Shown piece after piece: positions 27,000 to 35,390 of a DNA stretch of 64,000 bases; position 1 is the first letter of the stretch; every line of letters starts with the position of its first letter. Location: assembly GCA_020639095.1 (NCBI GenBank), contig JACKHH010000018.1, positions 3,429-67,428 of the forward strand, written 5' to 3'. Position numbers and translations under genes: made by a program. The notes under the pieces were generated by a model. It did no database searches. It saw only the letters and a program-made list of their open reading frames with translations, and was not told the origin of the DNA. Source of the stretch: Phycisphaerales bacterium. GTDB taxonomy: Bacteria > Planctomycetota > Phycisphaerae > UBA1845.

Positions 27000-27816
27000 A
27001 GTCTGGTCCTCCGTTTGCGGCATCGCGGCATCTTGCGCATGTCGGCGAACATGCCAACGACATCGGGTTCTCCGCGATGGCTGCCCGTGTTGCCCGGATC
27101 ACTTCCTGCATGGCGATTCTGCGCACGACGGCATTGCCGATCTTCGTCTCGCACAATTCTCTGATGTATGGTGCCAACGCGTTAAAGCCCGCGCTGCATC
27201 CGCCGACACGCACGCGCTGCACGCTGCCGTCCGCGACCATCGCCCAGCGGATGAACGTTCGTCTGCCCGCGCGTATTTCGCCGTAGTGCGCTGTTGTGCA
27301 CGACGTATAGTCGGTCCCGATGTGTACCACCTCGCCATCATCGTCCGCCATGCGCGCGATGGGCGCCATTGGTTCATCCCAGCTTTGATTCGCGACGTAG
27401 CCGGCTGCGTTGTCTCCGACGGCTGCGATTGACGACAACGGGTGGTCGCTGCGGATCGCGCCCGACAGCTTTCGCACCGCGTCCGCCACCGCGCCGATGT
27501 CACGCGCGACGGGCATGTCGAGCGTGAATGGCGTCGGATGCGCGTCGCCAAGTCGGTCTGTGTCGTAGTCGCAGCCATTGTTTGTTGGTCGATCATCGCG
27601 CGGTGGAATAGCAGCCGGTGCGTAGGTAAACGTCGGCACGAGCACGGTTGTTGCGATCTCCGCGAGCGCTTGTGCGACCGTATCTGCTCCCCCGTCCACA
27701 TGGCCGAGGCTGCGGAGCGACGCGTGGACGATGCATCGCCGATTGCGCAAACCGGCGCGCTCGAATCCTGCGATGAGTTCGTCTTTGCCAAGGTTCACGG
27801 TAACATTTGTCCACAC
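26998..27816 (-). CDS. AAC(3)-family (Antibiotic_NAT-like) N-acetyltransferase
   Basis: GTG 27816. VHASLRSLGHVDGGADTVAQAL ... TVLVPTFTY matches the N-terminal signature of aminoglycoside 3-N-acetyltransferase-fold proteins. The substrate cannot be inferred. Confidence 0.65.
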   Translation of the reverse strand: MWTNVTVNLGKDELIAGFERAGLRNRRCIVHASLRSLGHVDGGADTVAQALAEIATTVLVPTFTYAPAAIPPRDDRPTNNGCDYDTDRLGDAHPTPFTLDMPVARDIGAVADAVRKLSGAIRSDHPLSSIAAVGDNAAGYVANQSWDEPMAPIARMADDDGEVVHIGTDYTSCTTAHYGEIRAGRRTFIRWAMVADGSVQRVRVGGCSAGFNALAPYIRELCETKIGNAVVRRIAMQEVIRATRAAIAENPMSLACSPTCARCRDAANGGPD

Positions 27817-28033
27817 GCTGCGCCGCGCGGCGCTTTACGCGTAGCACTATAGCGGGCGGTGGAGAAGCGCCAACGCATGCGCGAGGCTGCCCCCGGACTT
27901 GGTGCCCGGAGTTCTGATCTGCGCGAAAGCGTTCATTTGTGTTGGTGGTTGCGACGTTGCGAGGTGTTGTCGTCGCGGCTAGTTTGGCGGCGTTTGCGAC
28001 GTTGGTCAGGCACATCAGCCAAGGAGTCTTGCG

Positions 28034-29569
28034 ATGGCGGGGAAATCACGCGAGGTGTTTGTCGGCGTGGACAGTGGGACGCAGTCGACCAAGGTGCTTT
28101 TGGTGGATGGCGACACGGGTGCGGTGCTCGGTTCCGGCAGCGCGGCGCACGAGCTGATCGGCGGGCTTCCGCCGGGCCATCTCGAACAGCAACCGGCTGA
28201 CTGGTTCGCCGCGGTCGAAACGGCAATGAAAAGCGCATTCGCGAGTTGCGACGCATCGCCGGGCGACGTGCGTGGGATTGGTGTTTCCGGTCAGCAGCAT
28301 GGTTTCGTCGCGCTGGGCAAGGACGGGGCCGTGATTCGCCCCGCGAAGTTATGGTGCGACACGTCAACGGCTGGTCAGTGCGATGCAATTCTCGCGAAGC
28401 TTGGTGGGCTCGAACGCTGCATTGCGCTTACCGGCAACGGCCTCCCGCCGGGGTTTACCGCGTCGAAGATCGCGTGGCTCAAGGAGACGGAACCGGAGAA
28501 CTACAAGCGACTCGCGCGCGTGTTGTTGCCGCACGATTACCTGAACTACCGGCTCAGCGGTGTGCAGCGGATGGAGTGCGGCGACGCTTCGGGCACTGCG
28601 TTGCTCAATGTGCGCCAGCGCACATGGTGCGCGGAGATGATCGCGGCGGTCGATGGTGACCTTGCGAACAAGCTTCCACCGTTGATGCCACCCGACGAGC
28701 CCTGGGGAACCCTTTCCACGGAGATCGCAGCCCGTTGGGAAATGCCAACGGATGCCATCGTGAGTCCCGGCGGGGGGGATAACATGATGTCGGCGATCGG
28801 TACCGGCAACGTCGCCGACGGTGTGGTCACCGTGAGCTTGGGCACGTCGGGGACGATTTTCGCGTATTCGTCGAGTCCGGTCGTCGATCCCAAGGGCGAA
28901 GTGGCTGCGTTCTGCGACAGCACGGGCGCGTGGTTGCCCTTGGTCTGTACGATGAACGTGACCGTTGCGACGGAACTGACCAAGCAGCTCTTTGGCATGG
29001 ACACGCCCGCGTTGGAATCAGCCGTTCAAAGCGTGCCCGCCGGTGCGAACGGGCTCATGCTGGTTCCCTATTTCGAGGGCGAACGCACGCCCAACGTGCC
29101 GAACGGTACCGGCGTGTGGTTTGGCGCGAATCGCACGACGCACACGCCGGCGCACTTCGCGAGGGCGGCGATGGAGGGCGCAACGCTGGGGTTGGCATAC
29201 GGTTTGAATCGCTTCCGCGAACTGGGGATTTCGCCAAGCGAAATCCGCCTTACCGGAGGGGGATCGAAGAGTCCCGCGTGGCGGCAAATCTGCGCCGACG
29301 TGTTCGACACGCCGGTGGTTTGCCTGAAGCAAAGCGAGTCTGCCGCGTTCGGCGGAGCGCTGCAGGCGAAGTGGATTCATGCACGTCAGGCCGACAGTTC
29401 CGCATCCATTGCCGACCTTGCCAACGCGTGGGTACAATTGGAACGTGCCACACAATGCGCGCCCGAGGCAACCAGCACGGCGAAGTACGCCAAGCTGTCG
29501 GAGTTGCATGGTGAAGTTTCCCAAGCACTCCGAAGTGCGTTCGACCGGCACCGCATGCTGCTTCAATAG
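28034..29569 (+). CDS. xylB: xylulokinase (FGGY family)
   Basis: Motifs VGVDSGTQSTKVLLVD, GVSGQQHGFV, RPAKLWCDTS, GGGSKSPAWRQ. xylA lies 1.4 kb away. Confidence 0.85.
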   Translation: MAGKSREVFVGVDSGTQSTKVLLVDGDTGAVLGSGSAAHELIGGLPPGHLEQQPADWFAAVETAMKSAFASCDASPGDVRGIGVSGQQHGFVALGKDGAVIRPAKLWCDTSTAGQCDAILAKLGGLERCIALTGNGLPPGFTASKIAWLKETEPENYKRLARVLLPHDYLNYRLSGVQRMECGDASGTALLNVRQRTWCAEMIAAVDGDLANKLPPLMPPDEPWGTLSTEIAARWEMPTDAIVSPGGGDNMMSAIGTGNVADGVVTVSLGTSGTIFAYSSSPVVDPKGEVAAFCDSTGAWLPLVCTMNVTVATELTKQLFGMDTPALESAVQSVPAGANGLMLVPYFEGERTPNVPNGTGVWFGANRTTHTPAHFARAAMEGATLGLAYGLNRFRELGISPSEIRLTGGGSKSPAWRQICADVFDTPVVCLKQSESAAFGGALQAKWIHARQADSSASIADLANAWVQLERATQCAPEATSTAKYAKLSELHGEVSQALRSAFDRHRMLLQ

Positions 29570-29611
29570 CACTTGTGGCGGCAAGTGTTGCTTCCGTCTT
29601 AGGAAATCAGT

Positions 29612-30508
29612 ATGAGGGACAATACCATGCCTGTCTATCGAGCCGAAACACGACGTCAGAAGAACGCCATCAGCGGCGCGATCATCATGTCGGACCCGAA
29701 TACAGGCATCATGCTCATGTTTCTTGGCAAGGGCGGGTTGCCGTCCAACGGAGGCTGGCATGAAACGCTGGAGGAAGCGCAGGCGGAGGCGCACGCGATT
29801 CTCGGAATCGAACCAGCGGATTGGGTCGAACTTCCCGATGCGCCGGCTGCGGTCGGCGAGGCGATGAAGGCCACGATGTCTGCTCTTGATGCTCTTTCCG
29901 GTGCGGGAATCGACCTGCCGGACGTTGCAGCGTATGAGGCTGACATGATCGCCAAGGCTCGAGCATTCTATGGTGACGACCTGATTGACGATTCCTTGGC
30001 TGCGGACGAAGTGGACGAGGTCGATGTTGGGGCGCTCGCTGAACGCCATACCCGCGACTATCAGGTTTTCGCGGAGTATTCGCAGTTCTACATTTGGGAT
30101 ATTGGCATCGATCCCGGCGCCCCCTGCGATTACGACGATGAAGATTGCAGTCGACGCGTGAAGGTCGCGGAGCAGTGCGTCGTAATCATGCCCGAACGCG
30201 ATGATACGGTTCCGGTGCAATTCGAGGTGCGCCCTGATGAGCCGCAGCGCGACGACGATGCTTGGGACCACGTGGTAGAGTGCAGCATCGACCTGCCGAC
30301 AGGGCGGTTGCAGATTAGCACGGTTTCGTGTGGTGATGTAGCAAATTGGCGGGTGCCGCCAGGAAGTTATCGCGTGCGCGCCAGCTTCGGCAAGCTCGGC
30401 GAAGTCGATGCGAATCGCCTCGACGGCAACGACCACTACCGCGTGGTGCTGTGGCCCGGCGACGCGATTGCTCTCACCGTACTGAAACAGTGGACGCCGG
30501 GTGGTTGA
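29612..30508 (+). CDS. hypothetical protein (C-terminal half with faint ComJ-like pattern)
   Basis: 298-aa ORF with codon bias like its neighbours. It has an acidic central linker. The C-terminal YSQFYIWD ... DHYRVVLWP pattern is reminiscent of ComJ-type proteins (weak, by eye). Confidence 0.5.
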   Translation: MRDNTMPVYRAETRRQKNAISGAIIMSDPNTGIMLMFLGKGGLPSNGGWHETLEEAQAEAHAILGIEPADWVELPDAPAAVGEAMKATMSALDALSGAGIDLPDVAAYEADMIAKARAFYGDDLIDDSLAADEVDEVDVGALAERHTRDYQVFAEYSQFYIWDIGIDPGAPCDYDDEDCSRRVKVAEQCVVIMPERDDTVPVQFEVRPDEPQRDDDAWDHVVECSIDLPTGRLQISTVSCGDVANWRVPPGSYRVRASFGKLGEVDANRLDGNDHYRVVLWPGDAIALTVLKQWTPGG

Positions 30509-30541
30509 ACATACGTTAGTGCGCACGACCACCCGTATCGG

Positions 30542-30829
30542 CTACGTGGCACCCAAGTCTCGGACAAACCAATTGCCCGGTTGAATCTCGTCGCGCGGTG
30601 TACCCGTGGTGGTTGCAAGAATTGGCACGAGTCGTTCCCAAAGGTCGGCTGGGACCGTCGCCCCTGATTCCTCAAGTTTGCAGCCAATCAGAAAGTGCAG
30701 TTCACCAGCCGTGAAGTCGAAATGCCACCGTGACCTGTTCGGGTGCAGGGACTCGATATCTTCGCTGCTCAGCGATACGCCGAACTCAGCCTCTACGCGA
30801 AGGAATATCTCAAGAATGTCGATGCCCAT
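30542..30829 (-). CDS. hypothetical small protein, 95 aa (ACP-like helix pattern without the Ser)
   Basis: ATG 30829 inside ORF 30542..30964; the upstream part of that ORF is read-through of repeats E2/D3. MGIDILEIFLRVEAEFGVSLSSEDIESL resembles the carrier-protein helix II region but has GID instead of DSL. Confidence 0.4.
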   Translation of the reverse strand: MGIDILEIFLRVEAEFGVSLSSEDIESLHPNRSRWHFDFTAGELHFLIGCKLEESGATVPADLWERLVPILATTTGTPRDEIQPGNWFVRDLGAT

Positions 30830-30881
30830 TTGACCTTGCCCGCTACCGACGATGCTGATTCGCACCGCGGGCCCTGCCTGC

Positions 30882-30998
30882 TTGTGGTGCAGGCATCCTG
30901 CCTGCTTCGCGAAACGAGGGCCGCAGTCGCAATCGCTCTGCCCTCTGCATTCTGAACTCTGCACTTTCCCCCGCTCCCTGACAGTCGCGGCTCGGATT
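30882..30998 (-). repeat. family E hairpin plus family D core, copy E2/D3
   Basis: TTGTGGTGCAGGCAtccTGCCTGC at 30882-30905. ctctgcattctgaaCTCTGCACTTTCCCCCGCTCCCTGACAGTCGCGGCTCGGATT at 30943-30998. Confidence 0.85.
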
Positions 30999-31003
30999 GG
31001 GCC

Positions 31004-32320
31004 TTACCGCATATACTCGTTCAGGATATTCTCAAGACGCTCCTGGCCGCCGCTTTGGGTTTCGGGTTCGCCGTGTTTTAGGACAAACGCTTCCAGCGCG
31101 GCGAAGTCGGCCTTTCCGTTCTCAATGTCCTTGCCGAAGGTTTCATCCCAACCGGCATAGCGCTTGCGAACGTTTTCGGCGAAACCGCCATCTTCAAGCA
31201 TCTTCGCGGCGATCTTCAAGCCGCGGGCGAACGCGTCCATCGCGCCGATGTGCGCATGGAACAGGTCAATCGGCTCGGTCGACTGTCTGCGGAGTTTCGC
31301 GTCGAAGTTTAACCCGCCGGTCGTGAACCCGCCGCCGCGCAGCACCGTATACATCGCGAGCGCGCAGTCGTAGATGTTCAGCGGAAACTGGTCGGTATCC
31401 CAACCCAGCAGCATGTCGCCGCGGTTCGCATCGATCGATCCGAGCAGATCGTTGGCCACGCAGTATTCTAGTTCGTGGACGAACGTATGACCCGCGAGCG
31501 TCGCGTGGTTGGCTTCGATGTTGAGCTTGAAGTGATCGGTCAGCCCGTACTTGAGCAGGAACGCGTGGCAACCGGCAGCGTCGAAATCGTACTGGTGCTT
31601 CGTGGGCTCCTTGGGTTTCGGTTCGATGTACATCTGGAAGGTTGCGCCGAGTTTTTTGCGGTAATCGGCCGCCAGATGCATCATCCGCGCGAGGTGGTCG
31701 AGTTCGCGGCCCATGTCGGTGTTGAGCAGCGTATCGTAGCCCTCGCGTCCGCCCCAGAACACGTAGCCCGCACCGCCGAGTTCGTGCGTGATTTCCATGG
31801 CTTTCTTGATCTGTGCCGCCGCGTATGCGAAGACGTGCGGCGAGGGGTTGGTCGCAGCCCCGGCCATGAATCGCGGATGCGTGAAGCAATTGCTCGTGCC
31901 CCAGAGCAGCTTCACGCCGGTGTCGTCTTGCAATTGCTTGGCTTTTCCGGCGATGACGTCGAGGCGTTTGTTTGTTTCCGCGAGTGTTTCGGCTTCCGGG
32001 GCGATGTCGCGATCGTGAAAGCACCAATAGGGCACGCCGAGCTTGGTGAAGAATTCAAACGCGGCATCGAGCGTGGCGTGGGCAGCCGCCATCGCGTCGG
32101 TGGTTCCGTTGTAATTGCGGACCATCGTGCCCACGCCGAAGGGGTCGCCGCCGAGATTCTTGAATGTGTGCCAGTAGCAGACGGCGAAACGCAGGTGCTC
32201 AGCCATGGTTTTGCCAAGAACCTTCTCGCTCGCGTTGTAGTGCTTGAAGGTGAGCGCGTCCTTCGAGTCGGGCCCGGCGTAGGCGATCGGTGCGTTTACT
32301 TCCGGGAAATAGGCGGCCAT
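31004..32320 (-). CDS. xylA: xylose isomerase
   Basis: Classical motifs FKHYNASEKVLGKTMAEHLRFAVCYWHTF, FHDRDIAPE, LWGTSNCFTHPRF, IEPKPKEPTKHQYDFD, NIEANHATLAGHTF, GSIDANRGD. AAGGAG precedes ATG 32320. Confidence 0.95.
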   Translation of the reverse strand: MAAYFPEVNAPIAYAGPDSKDALTFKHYNASEKVLGKTMAEHLRFAVCYWHTFKNLGGDPFGVGTMVRNYNGTTDAMAAAHATLDAAFEFFTKLGVPYWCFHDRDIAPEAETLAETNKRLDVIAGKAKQLQDDTGVKLLWGTSNCFTHPRFMAGAATNPSPHVFAYAAAQIKKAMEITHELGGAGYVFWGGREGYDTLLNTDMGRELDHLARMMHLAADYRKKLGATFQMYIEPKPKEPTKHQYDFDAAGCHAFLLKYGLTDHFKLNIEANHATLAGHTFVHELEYCVANDLLGSIDANRGDMLLGWDTDQFPLNIYDCALAMYTVLRGGGFTTGGLNFDAKLRRQSTEPIDLFHAHIGAMDAFARGLKIAAKMLEDGGFAENVRKRYAGWDETFGKDIENGKADFAALEAFVLKHGEPETQSGGQERLENILNEYMR

Positions 32321-32392
32321 GGTTTGCTCCTTGCGACGTTGCGAAGTATGGCGGATCGTCCGATTGTCGTTGTGGGCCAGACCCAGATGTCA

Positions 32393-32443
32393 TGTGGGAC
32401 CGGTTCTCTAGCCGGTCAGACCGGTTGGAAAACCGGTCCCACA
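32393..32443 (+). repeat. family B double-hairpin element, copy B3
   Basis: TGTGGGACCGGTTctctaGCCGGTCaGACCGGTTggaaAACCGGTCCCACA. It lies between the GH gene stop (32460) and the xylA start (32320). Confidence 0.9.
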
Positions 32444-32459
32444 AAGTTATTGTTAACCC

Positions 32460-35297
32460 CTACCCGCGAACCAGCGTCGGTGCGATCTTCACCTGCACCG
32501 GCAAGCGGTATTGCTGCATCCCCATCGTGCCGGCGCTGAAGGTGATTTCATAATCGCCCGGTGCAGCGTCTTCCGGTACGTTGATCATCGCGGGCATTTC
32601 GTTCGTAGTCATCGTCCAGCCCGGCGGGATCGTGTCAATGCGCACGCTGGTCATGGCGTCCTGCATGGTTGCGCTGATCGTCACGGTATCGCCGGGATGA
32701 TATGCCGCCTGTGCGGGCGCAAGCACCACCGGCCAGTCTTTCGCGGCAATGCTGAATTCACCATCGCTTACAAGGTACACGGGCAGATTGTGCTCCATGC
32801 GCAGCACGGAAAGCCCGCGATCTTCCGTGACATTCGCGGGCTCAGCCATTGCGTTGAGGATCTTCGGTGTCGTGCCGTCAAACTTCAAGCCGATGAGCCG
32901 CGTGCGGTCCGATGGCCAGAGTGCGACGATCCTCCGTTCGCCATCGCGAAACGCAAACGCGACGATATCGCTGCCGAGGTCGAGCGATTTCTCAAACTTG
33001 GCATTTCCCAGGAGCGTGCCGACGGCAGCCAGCGCCCGATAGCCGATCTTGGGCGTGAGGTCCTGGCGGATCAATCCGAAATGGTGCTCGTTGTAGAACG
33101 GGTCAGTTCCGTCCTCGCGGAAATCGTACCACGCGACGGTGCGCGTCGCCGGCGCCGCCAATGCCGAGACATATGTGCGCGCGACGTAACCGGCTTGCTC
33201 GCGTTCGGTGAGTCCGCCGATGTTGCTGGGCCAGCCCATCTCGGTGATCCAAACGTCCTTGCCGCCCGCGAGCTTGCTCGTGTCCTGCAATTCGTTGATG
33301 AAACCCCGCGGGTCGAGCGCGTGGCGGTAGGGGTGTACGGTGATCGCGTCGAACGGCGGATCGTGTTCGAGCACGAGCTTGATGAACTTCGTGTCGATGC
33401 CCGCGGTCGAGCAGATGAGCACCTGCGCATCGGGGTCGGTTTCCTTGATCGCGTGGTAGGCTGCGATGCACAGCTTGGCGTAGAGTTCCTTGGGCCCCGG
33501 CCAGAAGAAAATGTTCGGCTCGTTCCAGATTTCCCAATGGTGGATGCGATCCTTGTAGCGCCCGACGACAGTGCGCAGGTAGTTGCAGTAGGGTTCGATG
33601 AATTCCTCGGTCATCGGCTGGCCCGTCCACTCGGTCCAGTAGCACATCAGCCCGTACACACTGATGCCGTGCTCCGTGGCGGTGTCGACGAGTTGATCGA
33701 AGAAGGAGAAGTCGAACTCGCCCTTGGTTTTTTCAATCCAGTTCCAGTGGAACTCCTCGCGCGTCCACTTCACACCGGCGGCATTGGCGAGTTGGCACAT
33801 TTTGGTCATCCACGCCTTGGCTTCGGGATTGTCGTGGAAGCGGTAGAGGTACATGCCTACGCCCATACGACTCGCAGGGTCGAGCGTAGCGTCAATGTTC
33901 GCGGTGTCGGCGCGTGCGATGGTGACGGTGACGGGGGTGCTGGCGATCTCGTTGTGGATGCCGGTGCTAAAGGTGAAGCAGCCTGCGAGCATGGTGGCGT
34001 CGCCGAAGGGGCAGTACAGGCTGCACGTCTGATCGCGATCGGCGTCCGGCGCGTCGAGATACACGACGCCTTCGCGCAGCGTGCGATCAAACGAGCCGAT
34101 GGTGTAGGTGAGTTGGCTCGGGAAAGTCTGCGTCGGGCCCATATTCAGCAGGCTGCGGATGCGGATGTCGAAGCGCACGTTGCCGTCATCGACGGCGGTG
34201 ACGGTGGGTTGAACGATAACGCGCTGGTCGGGGCTGTAGTCGGTCACAAAACGCAGCGACTTGAGCTTGATCGTTCCGCTTGCGGAGTCGCCGTCCGCGC
34301 GACGCACGCCAATGTTTTCCAAGCGCAACGGGTAGCGCACGATGCCATCATTCTCGCCGCCTTCGTAGCGCCAGGTGTGCATGTCGCCCAGTTCAACTTC
34401 GAAGTTCTGCTCTCCGCGTTTGTCGAGTTTGCCCAGCGTTTTGTGGAAGAACTGGAAGTGCGACCCGCACATTGCGGTGAGTTCGTGCCCGGTCGCGTCG
34501 CTCTCGACGGTGAGCAGGAGCGTTTGCGGTTTTCCCAGGATGCTCCGGCCATAGCCCAGCCCGCACGCGTCGTGGTCATCGTCGAAACGGTAGGACCAGG
34601 TTCCGTCGGTGAACGTGCTGTCCGCCGGTCCCTGTGGAGTCCACGGGTCGCCGGTGCGGAAATCCGACTCGCGATACGTGGTGCGGGCGAGCGAACCGGT
34701 CTTGGCCGGTGTCGCGTTCGCGTCGGTGACCCAGGTGAGATCGTCGATAAGCAACTCGCCCACGAGCTTACCGCCGTCGGGTTGGATCAGGATGTCGAGT
34801 TGCTTGGCCGGTTCGTCGAACGCGCCGTCGCCGCCCCAGGAGTAAACCCAATCGCCAATGAGCACCTCGACCGCCTGCCAGCCGGGGTATTCGTAGCGCA
34901 GGTCTTTCTGGAATGTCTCACCCTTTGCGTCGACGCAGCGGATGATCATGTTGTTACCGCCCGGTTTGTTGAGCCACATGCGCACAGCCGCAACTTTGCG
35001 ATCGGCGGGCATCGCGACCAGGGCAGCCACATAACTGCCTCCGCCCGAGAAATCGTGCTTCAGCGCCAGCACGCCGTCGCCCGTGCGCCCGCCGGTGTCG
35101 CGACGCTCCAGCGAACCCACCGCCCCGGGCCACTCCGGGCCGTTGCTGAACGACCAGTCCCGTTCAAAGGCCGCGGGATGATCAAACGACTCAATCGCAC
35201 CGTCATCAGCCAAGACCGCTTCGGACCAAACACCCGTCAGAAGCAACGCAACACACATCGGCACCAAGCATTGAAGTATTCGCGTCGGGCGCATCAT
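32460..35297 (-). CDS. large secreted clan GH-A glycoside hydrolase (paralog of 18708..21209) with N-terminal beta-rich modules
   Basis: ATG 35297 (MMRPTRILQCLVPMCVALLLTG... signal peptide) inside ORF 32460..35375. Motifs HHWEIWNEPNIFFWPG and DVWITEMGWPS. The TIM-barrel region aligns by eye with 18708..21209. Confidence 0.8.
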   Translation of the reverse strand: MMRPTRILQCLVPMCVALLLTGVWSEAVLADDGAIESFDHPAAFERDWSFSNGPEWPGAVGSLERRDTGGRTGDGVLALKHDFSGGGSYVAALVAMPADRKVAAVRMWLNKPGGNNMIIRCVDAKGETFQKDLRYEYPGWQAVEVLIGDWVYSWGGDGAFDEPAKQLDILIQPDGGKLVGELLIDDLTWVTDANATPAKTGSLARTTYRESDFRTGDPWTPQGPADSTFTDGTWSYRFDDDHDACGLGYGRSILGKPQTLLLTVESDATGHELTAMCGSHFQFFHKTLGKLDKRGEQNFEVELGDMHTWRYEGGENDGIVRYPLRLENIGVRRADGDSASGTIKLKSLRFVTDYSPDQRVIVQPTVTAVDDGNVRFDIRIRSLLNMGPTQTFPSQLTYTIGSFDRTLREGVVYLDAPDADRDQTCSLYCPFGDATMLAGCFTFSTGIHNEIASTPVTVTIARADTANIDATLDPASRMGVGMYLYRFHDNPEAKAWMTKMCQLANAAGVKWTREEFHWNWIEKTKGEFDFSFFDQLVDTATEHGISVYGLMCYWTEWTGQPMTEEFIEPYCNYLRTVVGRYKDRIHHWEIWNEPNIFFWPGPKELYAKLCIAAYHAIKETDPDAQVLICSTAGIDTKFIKLVLEHDPPFDAITVHPYRHALDPRGFINELQDTSKLAGGKDVWITEMGWPSNIGGLTEREQAGYVARTYVSALAAPATRTVAWYDFREDGTDPFYNEHHFGLIRQDLTPKIGYRALAAVGTLLGNAKFEKSLDLGSDIVAFAFRDGERRIVALWPSDRTRLIGLKFDGTTPKILNAMAEPANVTEDRGLSVLRMEHNLPVYLVSDGEFSIAAKDWPVVLAPAQAAYHPGDTVTISATMQDAMTSVRIDTIPPGWTMTTNEMPAMINVPEDAAPGDYEITFSAGTMGMQQYRLPVQVKIAPTLVRG

Positions 35298-35299
35298 TA

Positions 35300-35390
35300 C
35301 TCTGCACTCTGAATTCTGCACTATGCACTGAAGTCCGCTCCCTGACGGTCGCGGCTCTGTTTTGTCACTCGTCACTCGTCATTCATCATT
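35300..35390 (-). repeat. family D core, copy D4, with TCACTCG tail
   Basis: ctctgcactctgaattctgcactatgcactgaagtCCGCTCCCTGACGGTCGCGGCTC, then tgttttgtcactcgtcactcgtcattcatcatt. It occupies the whole gap between 36504..35389 and the GH start. Confidence 0.85.

Noticed and set aside
26998-27816. Calling the AAC(3)-fold gene an aminoglycoside resistance determinant.
   Set aside because: Only the fold-level N-terminal signature is recognisable, and the context is sugar metabolism with no mobile-element hallmarks. It is reported as a family member only.
32511-35312. Very long antisense ORFs. Examples: 32511..35312 (933 aa), 51787..53952 (721 aa), 60475..62196 (573 aa), 42365..43930 (521 aa), 29018..30532 (504 aa), 54258..55760 (500 aa), 14497..15741 (414 aa), 47523..48923 (466 aa).
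   Set aside because: Each lies opposite a gene with clear family motifs (GH-A, GH31, kinase, GH38, xylB, histidine kinase and others). Their translations are Arg/Ala/Val/Gly/His-rich with no recognisable motifs. This is the usual stop-codon-poor shadow frame of high-GC DNA.
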